Source: Desulfurococcales archaeon (GTDB lineage: Archaea; Thermoproteota; Thermoprotei_A; Sulfolobales; Desulfurococcaceae). From it: a stretch of DNA of 64,000 bases. This document shows, piece after piece, positions 29,760 through 39,639 of the stretch (its first letter is position 1; each line of letters starts with the position of its first letter). Location of the stretch: assembly GCA_027022365.1 (NCBI GenBank), contig JALVYU010000007.1, positions 32,001 through 96,000 of the forward strand, written 5' to 3'. The translations under genes were made by a program, and so were the position numbers. The notes beneath the pieces are model-generated. The model was not told the origin of the DNA. It made no database searches and was given only the letters and a program-made list of their open reading frames with translations.

Positions 29760-30256
29760 ACAGTAATAACCACGAGAGGGATCTAGTTTTAATAATAACA
29801 TGCAGAGCCGGGAGCGAGTATTGGTGCGAAGAAGAGATCGGTAATAGGATATTCCACAAGGATCCAAGTGTTCTTGTTCTAAAGACAAAATATCAAGGAC
29901 TTCTGCTAGTTTACTCAAAACTACATCCAGACACGGCTTACAAGTATGCAAAGAGCTACGAGTATGGTTTTGTTGAGAAAATAATCCCTGCCCATATCAT
30001 CATAAATGGTGTTGAACAATTCAATTTTGAAGACGCCAAGAAAATAATAGCCGAACTATTAGCGGAAAAACAACTGCCTACCAATGTAAAATTAAAGGTT
30101 AAAATAAGGGGGCGAAGAGGGTTGAGCCAGCATATATGGAGAGCCCTTATCAAAGCTATGAATGAACATGGTATACGCCACGATCCATCTTCTCATGTCT
30201 GTATACATGTGGAAGGAATAGATGATATGTTAGTAGTGGGGGTATGTGAGTGTTAG
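29756..30256 (+). CDS. THUMP-domain-like RNA-binding protein
   Basis: LIITC..G.E, GLLLV, KIRG motifs; upstream of cdc6. Confidence 0.55.
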   Translation: MNSNNHERDLVLIITCRAGSEYWCEEEIGNRIFHKDPSVLVLKTKYQGLLLVYSKLHPDTAYKYAKSYEYGFVEKIIPAHIIINGVEQFNFEDAKKIIAELLAEKQLPTNVKLKVKIRGRRGLSQHIWRALIKAMNEHGIRHDPSSHVCIHVEGIDDMLVVGVCEC

Positions 30257-30303
30257 TGTTATTTTTTATACTGTTAATGTAAATAGTAGAGTGAAAGTGC
30301 CGG

Positions 30304-31584
30304 GTGCCCGCCTTGAACATGGAGCATTCCAACGATAATGAGACATGGAGGATCATCGAGGAAGAACTCAGTAGACCGACAATATTTAAGAGCAGGGAAA
30401 GCCTCGCACCCGAGTATATTCCCGATAAATTACCTCATAGGGAGAAAGAAATTAAGCTCTTAGCATCAGCATTCAAACACCTGATCATATCCCCTGGTAG
30501 TTTTTCTCAAAGAGTCCTACTAGTAGGAGGTGTAGGTGTAGGAAAAACAGTTACTGCCAGAGTATTTGGTAGAGAGTTTGCTAGAATCGCGCGCCTAAAA
30601 GGGTATAATTTACGATATGTTCATGTTAATTGCCATAGGAATAGAACATTATATAACGTTGTGGCGGAGATAGCCCGTCAACTCGAGGTGCCTCTCCCCC
30701 AGAGAGGCTTATCGGTTAAGGAAATGTACGATGCAATACTCTGGCACTTAGAAGAAAACAATATCTACGCGATAATTGCTCTTGATGAGTTTCATTATTT
30801 TGCCAGTATAGCTGGAAGCGATGCAGTATACTTCATAGTTAGGACATACGATGATACGATCGCTTCTCTAAAGCGTCTAAACTTTATCTTTATATCACTC
30901 GATACTTCTAAGCTATCACTACTCGATCCATCTACCGAGAGTTATTTGTTGAAGCACATGATAAGATTAAAGCCCTACACTAGCGCCGAATTATATGATA
31001 TTCTCAAGTATAGATCGGAACAGGCCTTTTATCCGGGAGTAGTAGACGATGAGGTCCTGAAGTTTATTGCAGAGTATGAGGGTAGCGATAAAGGCGGAGG
31101 AGGAAACGCGAGGCATGCAATAGAGATCCTTCTCCTTGCGGGTGATGCGGCGGAGCGCGAAGGTAGTGATCGAGTGACCATTGAGCATGTCAGAAAGGCG
31201 ATCTCGAAGACTAGCAGAGAAATAATAAACATTTCAGAAACAATCCTATACAGCCCGTTACACGAATTGATGATACTGCTGGCCATTATCAGGCTTCTTA
31301 GACGAACCGGACAGACCTATGTTAAGATGGGCGATGTTGAGAGAGAATATGAAATAGTATGTGAAGAATTTGATCAGCAGCCACGCAGGCATACGCAAGT
31401 ATATGGATACATTATGAATCTGAAGAAAGCCAACGTCATAGATGCTAGAACAAGCGGTAAAGGCCTTAGAGGCAGAACAACACTAATAAGCATACATTAT
31501 GGTCCGTTGGATCTACTCGAACAATATGTAGTTGATCTTATACAGAAGAAAATTAGTATGAAGCATATGGGGAGGAGGAGATGA
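30304..31584 (+). CDS. cdc6: Orc1/Cdc6 replication initiator
   Basis: PEYIPDKLPHRE, GGVGVGKT, LDE, GNAR, C-terminal wHTH GLRGRT. Confidence 0.95.
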   Translation: MPALNMEHSNDNETWRIIEEELSRPTIFKSRESLAPEYIPDKLPHREKEIKLLASAFKHLIISPGSFSQRVLLVGGVGVGKTVTARVFGREFARIARLKGYNLRYVHVNCHRNRTLYNVVAEIARQLEVPLPQRGLSVKEMYDAILWHLEENNIYAIIALDEFHYFASIAGSDAVYFIVRTYDDTIASLKRLNFIFISLDTSKLSLLDPSTESYLLKHMIRLKPYTSAELYDILKYRSEQAFYPGVVDDEVLKFIAEYEGSDKGGGGNARHAIEILLLAGDAAEREGSDRVTIEHVRKAISKTSREIINISETILYSPLHELMILLAIIRLLRRTGQTYVKMGDVEREYEIVCEEFDQQPRRHTQVYGYIMNLKKANVIDARTSGKGLRGRTTLISIHYGPLDLLEQYVVDLIQKKISMKHMGRRR

Positions 31585-31772
31585 GAAGCAGTAGTGAGCA
31601 GATCATTATTGACACTCTACAAAAATATGGTGAGTTAAACATTACTCGCCTCGCTAGGATTACGGGCTTACATTATAGGGTATTGGTTAAGAAATTGCGT
31701 GAGTTACAGGAAAAGGGTGTTGTTGAGGAAAGAAGATTTGGGAGACTAAGATTGTTTAGACTCGTCAAGTGA
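31581..31772 (+). CDS. Small winged-helix protein
   Basis: GELNITRLARITGLH...GVVEERRFGR; ATGA coupling to cdc6. Confidence 0.75.
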   Translation: MRSSSEQIIIDTLQKYGELNITRLARITGLHYRVLVKKLRELQEKGVVEERRFGRLRLFRLVK

Positions 31773-31781
31773 GCGAAGCTT

Positions 31782-33053
31782 CTACTTTTTATATCGCCTA
31801 TAGTATTGCAATACCTCCCTGGCACTCGGTCCTGCAAGCCATTTAATCATTTCCTCAGTTAATCCATAGCCTATGGCTAATCTCGCAGCGTACTTAGGGT
31901 TTCTCTCGAATATTATCTTGATGAACGGTATAACATCGGTCTTGACTCTGTGCCTACTTGTCAATAATGCTGGGGCCAGTGCACGGGCTATTCCTTCTCT
32001 GATCTCTCTGCTTCGCTTGGTCTGTGCAAGCAACTGTAGTCTCTGTGGTGATCTAAACGCTTTCCAGCGGTACCTATATATCTTTCTTGCAAAGGCTACG
32101 CCTGGCCCCATCATTTCGAACACGTATGACAATAAACTCCAGGCGCCTGTTTTCTTTATTCTTCCGAGATATACATCTGCTCTACTTAGAGCTTCATAAG
32201 CTCTCCATATTTCTTCCGGATCATCATAGTATGTCGGTATGTGTTCGTTGATCCAGATCATCATGGTCTCATAATCTATGTCCGCCTGTGACACAGCATT
32301 TTTGGCTTGGAATATGTACTTCGCGTTAAAAAGATTCTTCAATGCCTCGAATGGCGCGTACTGTCTATTTCTGTATGTTGAAAGCATTCTTACAAGTTCG
32401 AGCGTTACCCTACCATAACCCTCGGCTATGGCTTGGAGATCATTAATAGCACTCCTCAAATCTCCCTCGCTGCGCTTAGCGATCTCTCTCAGTGCTTTTT
32501 CATCGCATTCAATTTTCTCTGAGGAGCAAATCTTTTTTAATGCGATGACAACATCTCGTTCACTAAGTCTCTTAAAAGGAATCATGAGCGAGACTTCACG
32601 AAGAGGTCTGAGCTTCTGATCCCATGGATTATTCGCGGTCATCACTACCGGATAGCGTGTCGTTTCAATTAGGTGCAGAATAGCATCTACAGCACCCCTA
32701 TCAGCCATACCGCTTATACCATCCACTTCGTCAAGCAATATTATCTTTCCACGAGCAAATAGACTTCTCTGAGTAGCGGCTATTTTCGCGATCCTTTCAA
32801 TATCTTGTTTTCTCCTGAAGTCACTAGCATTCATCTCAACTACTTCGAGCCCATTTTCCCTCGCAGCAGCTTCGACAAGGCTGGTTTTCCCGCATCCTGC
32901 CGGCCCATAGAGTAAGGCTGCCTTCTTAGAGGGTTTGCCCCTAAGCCATGATTCTAGCCATTGGAGGAAGGTCTTCTTAGCCTGGTCCTGATTTATGACG
33001 TCAGCTACTTTCTTTGGCCGGTATTTGATTATCCAGGGAAGTCTCTTGGTCAA
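31782..33053 (-). CDS. rfcL: Replication factor C large subunit
   Basis: [37 protein letters not shown]. Confidence 0.95.
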   Translation of the reverse strand: MTKRLPWIIKYRPKKVADVINQDQAKKTFLQWLESWLRGKPSKKAALLYGPAGCGKTSLVEAAARENGLEVVEMNASDFRRKQDIERIAKIAATQRSLFARGKIILLDEVDGISGMADRGAVDAILHLIETTRYPVVMTANNPWDQKLRPLREVSLMIPFKRLSERDVVIALKKICSSEKIECDEKALREIAKRSEGDLRSAINDLQAIAEGYGRVTLELVRMLSTYRNRQYAPFEALKNLFNAKYIFQAKNAVSQADIDYETMMIWINEHIPTYYDDPEEIWRAYEALSRADVYLGRIKKTGAWSLLSYVFEMMGPGVAFARKIYRYRWKAFRSPQRLQLLAQTKRSREIREGIARALAPALLTSRHRVKTDVIPFIKIIFERNPKYAARLAIGYGLTEEMIKWLAGPSAREVLQYYRRYKK

Positions 33054-33061
33054 GGCTGTCG

Positions 33062-34057
33062 CTACACCTTAAGCTTCTTGCCTATAAATGCCAGTCTTGC
33101 CAAGAACGCGTTTAACTGTATCTCATCATCAGCCCCTTCTACGAGTCTGAACTGTATTTCTCCTGCTAGATCAGCTATGATGATTCTGTATTCGTCCGGT
33201 ATCTTTATTTCTTGGCTGAATACCTCTCTATGAATCTGTTTAATGACATCAACTCCGCTCAAACCATAGTTTATCATGAGCTGTCTAAGCTTGTTCCTCG
33301 CCTCGGTGAAGTTACCGGATAATGCGAGATTTATCATCTGACGTACTTCCCTAGGATGAGCTAGCCCTACTACTTTATATACGGCATCAACAGTTACTTT
33401 ACCGATCGCGGCCGCGGCTTGCAGTATATTTATAGCTCTCCTCATATCGCCTTCGCTTAATTCATATATTGCCTCCAGAGCCTCGATATCGTACTCGACT
33501 TTCTCCTGATCAGCAATCCATTTCAGCCTTGCTATAACGTCCTCTTTCTTCAGAGGGGTGAATCTGAACACTGCACATCTGCTCTGAATGGGCTCTATGA
33601 TCTTGCTGGGATAGTTTGCAATTAGAATAAATCTTGTAGTGGCTGTGTACATTTCCATTAGTCGTCTCAGTGCTTGCTGGGCATCTGATGTCATGTTGTC
33701 TGCTTCATCCAGTAGAACAATCTTGAACGGAATATTGCCTGGGATCTTCGTTCTTGCGAATTCTTTAACTTTGCTCCTTATAACATCTATTCCTCTCTCA
33801 TCGCTTGCATTTAATTCTAGCATGTACTGTCTATAATTCTCACCATAGAGATCATGTGCTAGACAATGTGCAGCGGTTGTTTTACCCGTGCCCGGTGGAC
33901 CAGCGAAAAGTAGATGAGGCATGTTTTTCTCCTGAACAAACTTCTTAAGCCTAGACACTATTTCTTCTTGATTAACGATCTCATCGAGTGAGCGAGGTCT
34001 ATATTTTTCGGCCCATAGTAGTTCTGCAAGGACTTTGTTCGAGCTCATAAATAACAC
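33062..34057 (-). CDS. rfcS: Replication factor C small subunit (no intein)
   Basis: [31 protein letters not shown]. Confidence 0.97.
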   Translation of the reverse strand: MLFMSSNKVLAELLWAEKYRPRSLDEIVNQEEIVSRLKKFVQEKNMPHLLFAGPPGTGKTTAAHCLAHDLYGENYRQYMLELNASDERGIDVIRSKVKEFARTKIPGNIPFKIVLLDEADNMTSDAQQALRRLMEMYTATTRFILIANYPSKIIEPIQSRCAVFRFTPLKKEDVIARLKWIADQEKVEYDIEALEAIYELSEGDMRRAINILQAAAAIGKVTVDAVYKVVGLAHPREVRQMINLALSGNFTEARNKLRQLMINYGLSGVDVIKQIHREVFSQEIKIPDEYRIIIADLAGEIQFRLVEGADDEIQLNAFLARLAFIGKKLKV

Positions 34058-34149
34058 ACCTACTAGTGTTTCGGCTATCTCAAAATAATGTTATATGGGG
34101 TCTTCCTTAATAGTTATTTCAAAAATACAGTGGTTGGGGGACGACCATT

Positions 34150-34728
34150 TTGCAGGAGTCTTTATCGGCCCTTATAATTGAGCGTTCTCTTGGGATATTG
34201 AGGAGGGATTATGAGGAAGAAGAAGTTAAGGTTGAAATACTCAGTGACGTATCCCATATTTTTACAAATGAGGGATTTATAGATCTCTCTAAGGGCTCAG
34301 AATATACATTACCGAGATGGATTGCCCGGGTTCTAGAAAAACAAGGCGTTGTTAAAATAAAGGATGATACAATAGATCTAGAGAAACTATCTAAGATCGC
34401 ATATAACGAGGAGGCAACGCTTAAGAAGCCGCAGCTTGTTAAGCTACAGCCTCATTTCTATATGCTTGTCAGGGAAGAAATCGAGAATATTAAGAAACGA
34501 CTTCAAGAAAAACAAGATATAAATCTGCTTGATGATCTCAAGAAATACATTGATCTACTTTACACTATCGGAAGGATAAGATTGAGAAAAATAATCAACA
34601 CACTTCTTATGATAGAAGTTTCACAGGATTTTCTAGATAAGATGAGCATGGAGGAGAAACTCTTATACAGGATCCTTAGAGATTCGTTGTTGACCTGGGT
34701 GTCCGAGCTAGGTGTAGAAAAGATATAG
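34150..34728 (+). CDS. gins23: GINS23 subunit
   Basis: LPRWIA, HFY, RLRKI, EEK; directly upstream of mcm. Confidence 0.8.
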   Translation: MQESLSALIIERSLGILRRDYEEEEVKVEILSDVSHIFTNEGFIDLSKGSEYTLPRWIARVLEKQGVVKIKDDTIDLEKLSKIAYNEEATLKKPQLVKLQPHFYMLVREEIENIKKRLQEKQDINLLDDLKKYIDLLYTIGRIRLRKIINTLLMIEVSQDFLDKMSMEEKLLYRILRDSLLTWVSELGVEKI

Positions 34729-34739
34729 TTTATTGGACG

Positions 34740-37700
34740 GTGCTTATTCCTATGAGTTTTGATACGGAGATGTTTACGCAGGAAGTAGATGATCTTGTAA
34801 CCCGGTTTAAGAGATTTCTATGGGAATACATGGATCGCAAAACACGTAGCTTCAAATACCGTGAACGCTTATCGCAGATGGCGTTGATGAGCCAGAAGAG
34901 CCTCATCATAGATTTCGATGATATAACTCTTTTCGATAGGCGGCTCGCCCATATAATTGAGGATAATCCCGAGATAGCTCTTGATGCTGCTAGCCGGGCG
35001 ATCAAAGAGTTACTGCTTAAGGAAAACCCTGACTATGCCCAAGCTGTCGAGAAATTCTACCCCAGATTCAGGAATTTGTCACGTATAATAAGGGTAAGAG
35101 AACTCACAAGCGAGTATATCGGTAAAATGGTCGCTATCGAAGGAATATTAACTAGGCTCACAAGGGTCGAGGCAAAACTCGTCAAGGCAAGATATAAGCA
35201 CCTCGACCCAGAGTGCGGGGCCGAATTCGATTACCCCGAATACGGAGAAATGGGGGAACGGATAGAAAAGCCAGCGATATGCCCTATCTGTGGGAAAGGC
35301 GGAAAGTTCCAGTTACTACCAGACAAGTCAAAGTTCATTGATTGGCAGAAGATAGTAGTGCAGGAAAAACCCGAGGAGGTTCCACCCGGCCAAATACCAA
35401 GAAGCATAGAAGTTGTACTAACTGGCGACCTCGTCGATATCGCGAGGCCCGGAGACAGGATAACGATAACGGGGATCCTAAGAGTTATGCCTACAGCATC
35501 TATACAGAAAGCAGGCAGTAAGGCGGTCTTTTCCTTCTACATTGAGGCAAACTACGTGGATGTTCAGCAGAAAATACTCGAGGAAATAGAAATCACCCGT
35601 GAAGACGAGGAGAAAATCAGGGAAATGGCTCGGGATCCATGGATAAGAGAGAAGATAATTGCTAGTATAGCGCCATCAATATACGGTCATTGGAACATAA
35701 AAGAAGCCATAGCCCTCCAACTATTCGGCGGAGTACCCAAAATCCTCCCAGATGGGACTAGGATTCGTGGAGATATACATGTCCTATTAGTCGGGGATCC
35801 AGGTACTGCTAAATCACAGATGCTACAATACGCTGCAAGGCTTGCACCAAGAGGAATATACACTAGTGGAAAAGGCTCATCAGCCGCGGGCCTAACCGCT
35901 AGCGTACTACGTGATAAACACACTGGTGAGTGGTACCTTGAAGCAGGTGCCCTAGTCCTGGCCGATGGAGGCATCGCCGCTATAGATGAGATCGATAAGA
36001 TGAGAGAAGAAGACCGTAGCGCGATCCATGAAGCACTTGAACAACAAAGCTATCATCCAGACTTTGAGATCATGTTGGCCGATGGACGGCTCGTCAAAAT
36101 AGGGGAGTACGTTGATTTGCTCATGGAGAAAAACCCTGACAAGATATTACATGGCGGGGAAACCGATGTTCTTTTCGTGGACGACGTGTTTCTCGTAGGA
36201 TACGATCTCTATACTTATACACCGCTAATTGTAAGGGCGGACAGGATTAGTAGGCATGTCGCACCGAGAAAATTTGTAAAATTAAGGTTCAGCAATGGAC
36301 GCGAAATAGTAGTTACACCTGAACATCCTGTAATTGTGTTCTTAGATGGACGCATCACTGTATTACCTGCAGAGAAAATAGAGCCCAGCATGATTGTCCT
36401 TGGAGTCAAAAGATATCCCGTTCTTGCAGGAAATACTATACGTGTCAAAAGACTTATAGAGAAATACGGATTAGAGAGTGCATCCCTGCTAATTTTCAAG
36501 GTTTTGCTGGGTGAACTTACCCCGGAGGATATTGGAGAGCTAAAGGATCTTGGTATACTAAATGAAGATAATTTGATCAAGAACGAATTCTTGAATGAAT
36601 TGGTAACATCTGAGGAATTAATCCGTAGAATTATTACAATGCTCTTTACTCGAAAGGCGAATATTAGTGACTGTCTTGTCTCATTACAAGTAGATCATGT
36701 TTCGGCCCTATTAGTTCAGGAAATCTTGTGGAGACTGGGAATAAACAGTTTCATAGCCGATAGAGAACTAATTATATCGGGACCGAGAAGCCTCGAGAAA
36801 CTAGCACAATATATCATTGACGAGGAAACACGCTCACAGATACTAGGATCAAGCAAAACGTTAAAGGGCTATCCTGATTCATGGCTAGAAATAGTATACG
36901 CAGTTGCCGGCGGGCTAAAAGAACTTATAGGTCATGATCTGTTCAAGAGAATTATTGTAGGCGACATTTCTGAAACAATGCTGGAAACCATGATATCTGG
37001 CATACTTAATGATCTTGCCAAGACAATGGGAGATCTGAGGAGCCATTGTGTCCTAAAAGAAAACTATATGCTTCTTTTAACACTAACCGCTGGCCAGGAT
37101 ATCAGAAAGTTCTTCACAAAAATAAGTGATTCTCTCAACAAACTTAAAGAAGTACTGCTAGATATCGAGGAGAGGCTCGGAGAATCCAGTATACCACGGA
37201 TAGTGGTCGGTAAGGAAATAGTGGAGAATAAGGGCGTCAAGTGGGTATATGACATAACTATTGAGCCATACCACTTATTTGTCTCTCACGGCCTTGTCTT
37301 GCATAACACGATCAGTATTGCAAAGGCAGGAATAGTTGCTAGGTTGAATGCGCGGGCCTCCGTCCTTGCGGCCGGTAACCCCAAGTTTGGAAGATATGAT
37401 CCAAAGCAGTCTATAGGTCAAAACATTGATCTACCACCACCGATTCTCTCAAGATTCGATCTTATATTTATAATACAGGATATACCACATGAAAAGCGGG
37501 ACAGGATGCTGGCACGCCACATATTATCTGTCCACGGCAACGTGGAGAAAGCTAAGCCGGTGATAGAGCCTCAATTATTGAAGAAGTATATCAGCTATGC
37601 GAGAAGATATGTTAGGCCTCAGCTAACCCAAGAGGCTGTACATCTCCTCGAGGAATTCTTTGTATCGATGAGACGTGCTAGCGGTGTTTCAGAAGAAGCA

Positions 37701-38105
37701 CCAATAGCTATCACCGCGAGACAGTTAGAAGCACTTGTAAGGCTGAGCGAGGCTCATGCAAAAATGGCGCTAAAAAACAAGGTAACAATAGAGGATGCTG
37801 AAGAAGCTGTAAGACTCATGTACTATAGTCTACAAAGAGCAGGCATAGATGTAGAGACAGGCAGGATAGACATAGACACAATCATGGTTGGGACACCCCG
37901 CAGTAAGCAGGAACGTATGAAAGCCTTCATCCGATTCATTGACGAGATATTCGAAGAAACAGACGAGATCGAATACAAGGAGCTCGTGAGAAAAGCAATT
38001 GATAAAGGATTCGCAAGAGACTTCACAAACGAAATGCTGAGAAAACTCAAACGAGAAGGCACCATATATGAGCCGAAGCCCGGAGTGATCGCAAAGATAA
38101 AATGA
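34740..38105 (+). CDS. mcm: MCM replicative helicase containing an intein
   Basis: DWQK..VQE, GDPGTAKS, IDEIDKM, LSRFD, TARQLE. Confidence 0.97.
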   Translation: MLIPMSFDTEMFTQEVDDLVTRFKRFLWEYMDRKTRSFKYRERLSQMALMSQKSLIIDFDDITLFDRRLAHIIEDNPEIALDAASRAIKELLLKENPDYAQAVEKFYPRFRNLSRIIRVRELTSEYIGKMVAIEGILTRLTRVEAKLVKARYKHLDPECGAEFDYPEYGEMGERIEKPAICPICGKGGKFQLLPDKSKFIDWQKIVVQEKPEEVPPGQIPRSIEVVLTGDLVDIARPGDRITITGILRVMPTASIQKAGSKAVFSFYIEANYVDVQQKILEEIEITREDEEKIREMARDPWIREKIIASIAPSIYGHWNIKEAIALQLFGGVPKILPDGTRIRGDIHVLLVGDPGTAKSQMLQYAARLAPRGIYTSGKGSSAAGLTASVLRDKHTGEWYLEAGALVLADGGIAAIDEIDKMREEDRSAIHEALEQQSYHPDFEIMLADGRLVKIGEYVDLLMEKNPDKILHGGETDVLFVDDVFLVGYDLYTYTPLIVRADRISRHVAPRKFVKLRFSNGREIVVTPEHPVIVFLDGRITVLPAEKIEPSMIVLGVKRYPVLAGNTIRVKRLIEKYGLESASLLIFKVLLGELTPEDIGELKDLGILNEDNLIKNEFLNELVTSEELIRRIITMLFTRKANISDCLVSLQVDHVSALLVQEILWRLGINSFIADRELIISGPRSLEKLAQYIIDEETRSQILGSSKTLKGYPDSWLEIVYAVAGGLKELIGHDLFKRIIVGDISETMLETMISGILNDLAKTMGDLRSHCVLKENYMLLLTLTAGQDIRKFFTKISDSLNKLKEVLLDIEERLGESSIPRIVVGKEIVENKGVKWVYDITIEPYHLFVSHGLVLHNTISIAKAGIVARLNARASVLAAGNPKFGRYDPKQSIGQNIDLPPPILSRFDLIFIIQDIPHEKRDRMLARHILSVHGNVEKAKPVIEPQLLKKYISYARRYVRPQLTQEAVHLLEEFFVSMRRASGVSEEAPIAITARQLEALVRLSEAHAKMALKNKVTIEDAEEAVRLMYYSLQRAGIDVETGRIDIDTIMVGTPRSKQERMKAFIRFIDEIFEETDEIEYKELVRKAIDKGFARDFTNEMLRKLKREGTIYEPKPGVIAKIK
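36048..37307 (+). mobile_element. 420-aa intein in MCM with a degenerate homing endonuclease
   Basis: EQQ|SYHPDFEI...VTPEHP (block B)...WVYDITI..HLFVSHGLVLHN|TISIAKAG. Confidence 0.93.
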
Positions 38106-38126
38106 CTCTTTTTAACTCTATTAGCC

Positions 38127-38182
38127 TCGGTGGGGCGAAAGATTTTTCCTCACGAATCAGGGCTGGAACGCCTCTTCATCGG
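38127..38182 (-). ncRNA. Box C/D sRNA (two probable 16S rRNA targets)
   Basis: CCGATGA - GCGTTCCAGCC - CTGA - GTGAGGA - CTTTCGCCCC - CCGA; complements recalled crenarchaeal 16S GGCUGGAACGC and GGGGCGAAAG. Confidence 0.85.
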
Positions 38183-38261
38183 CCACATAAGATTAAAAAT
38201 CCCCCTACTCATAAACCTTACCAGAACTGTGGAGGTAATAAAATAAGGAGATGATACAGGA

Positions 38262-38525
38262 ATGCCGGAAGCGCCTCAGTATGTGATCAGGATAGGAGAT
38301 AAGGAAATAGAGATCAATCTTGAAACACTCAATATAATCAGAGAGTATCTCCATCGTCCAATGGGACTCGATGAGCTAGCCGAGAAGCTAGGCCTTGAAG
38401 GCTGGGATGAAGCCTATGAGCTCATAAAGAAGATACCTGCATGGATCATATGGACCCCGCCTACACTTTGGAAATACAGAGCCGGTTGGATAGAGAGAAG
38501 AGAGAAAGAAGCAGGATCAGCCTAA
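38262..38525 (+). CDS. Small conserved-type crenarchaeal protein (HTH-like)
   Basis: LDELAEKLGLEGWDEAYELIKKIPAWI; own promoter and SD. Confidence 0.7.
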   Translation: MPEAPQYVIRIGDKEIEINLETLNIIREYLHRPMGLDELAEKLGLEGWDEAYELIKKIPAWIIWTPPTLWKYRAGWIERREKEAGSA

Positions 38526-38666
38526 GGAAAAGAAGTAAAATTCCTTTTGTTTAATACCAGTACTTTCCTAATAATCCAATAAATACCGACTAATAAGCAG
38601 TGAGTCTGCTCTCCAACGAACGAGTTGCATCATTCATGATAACAAAAAGTAAAAAAGATAATGTGT

Positions 38667-39059
38667 TTATTCGCAGAACTCCTTTCCGTGGACTATCAGA
38701 TCCAATAGCTGCTTGACCCACTTGGGTCCGACAAACTTGTAGTACCTGAACTTCCCCGCCACTCTAACCTGCGCCAGACCACGCTCTCTCAGCAATGATA
38801 GGTGGTGGGATATCAAGCTCTGCTCCTTGCCAGTGATCTTCGTCAACATACATACTGGTAGTTCTTGCTGACTTATCAATGCTAGGATCTTTAGCCTTAA
38901 CGGATTTGCTAGAACCACGATAATATCAAGATACTTCTTTAGTTCCTCATCGCTCGGTATCTTGATCTCCTGGTCAAGCTTGTCCTGATAGAACTTCTCA
39001 AGCTCATCAAAACACTTCATGTCCTTTACGAGCTCCAATAGTTCTTTGATTTTTACCAT
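38667..39059 (-). CDS. ArsR/SmtB-family regulator
   Basis: LANPLRLKIL, VC, QSLISHHLSLL. Confidence 0.9.
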   Translation of the reverse strand: MVKIKELLELVKDMKCFDELEKFYQDKLDQEIKIPSDEELKKYLDIIVVLANPLRLKILALISQQELPVCMLTKITGKEQSLISHHLSLLRERGLAQVRVAGKFRYYKFVGPKWVKQLLDLIVHGKEFCE

Positions 39060-39250
39060 GTTGATTCACCCATGAGTTTCTTGTTCAACATATATAACTA
39101 CATGCATATAGTATTTCAACGTTATTAAATATATCTCCGAACATGTCTCCAGAGCTAATTGTTCTCGTCTACATAAATGATCCCATGAAAGGGTAAATAT
39201 TCCTAATCCTCTTAATGATACATAAATTTCTACTGAAAGAAATTGAGAAA

Positions 39251-39363
39251 TGGTGGGGCCGCCGGGATTTGAACCCGGGATCACCGGCGTTCTGTGACAC
39301 CAGGCTTGGCTAGGCGGGGTGTCCCCCCAGGCCGGCATCCTAGCCAAGCTAGACTACGGCCCC
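39251..39363 (-). tRNA. tRNA-Pro(GGG) with a 35-nt intron at 37/38 (39290-39324), CCA encoded
   Basis: GGGGCCG...CCGGC CT GGG G [intron] C GCCGG...CGGCCCC A CCA; BHB-like junction with GACACC/GGTGTC helix. Confidence 0.92.
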
Positions 39364-39489
39364 TTAACGCCCGTGAATTATTATAGACACGGATAGGGGG
39401 TTTATAGGTATTAGGCCCGTTCTCTGAATAATTAGGACTGAAAGTATCGGGGTGGGGTGTCTATATATAAGTTTTTTTCCTCGTAGTAC

Positions 39490-39615
39490 TTGTAATACCT
39501 ATTTAAATAAGGTTATACATTTTGATAATACCCACAGTAATACCACTCCATGATATTTTTAAATAACTGATTAAGGTATTACTAGGAGGCTTATCTAAGT
39601 ATGGTAATACCACTA
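39490..39615. promoter_or_regulatory. Cluster of GTAATACC boxes upstream of the Zn-ribbon gene
   Basis: GTAATACC at 39492, 39537 and 39604; ATAATACC at 39525; inverted GGTATTAC at 39575. Confidence 0.65.
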
Positions 39616-39639
39616 TAAAGACAAACTCGGTGAATATGT

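Noticed and set aside
30256-30320. ORB-type replication origin upstream of cdc6
   Set aside because: Spacer is very short and has no TCCA..GGAAA/G-string ORB motif
38585-38645. Possible sRNA (AGCAG-tgagt-CTGCT hairpin, ATGAATGATG on the minus strand)
   Set aside because: No convincing D boxes or recognisable target; may be a terminator region between convergent genes
24961-39282. Identical 22-nt GCCGGGATTTGAACCCGGGATC at tRNA-Gly and tRNA-Pro as attL/attR of an integrated element
   Set aside because: It is the shared T-arm of two complete tRNAs; the DNA between them is mostly core genes and has no integrase
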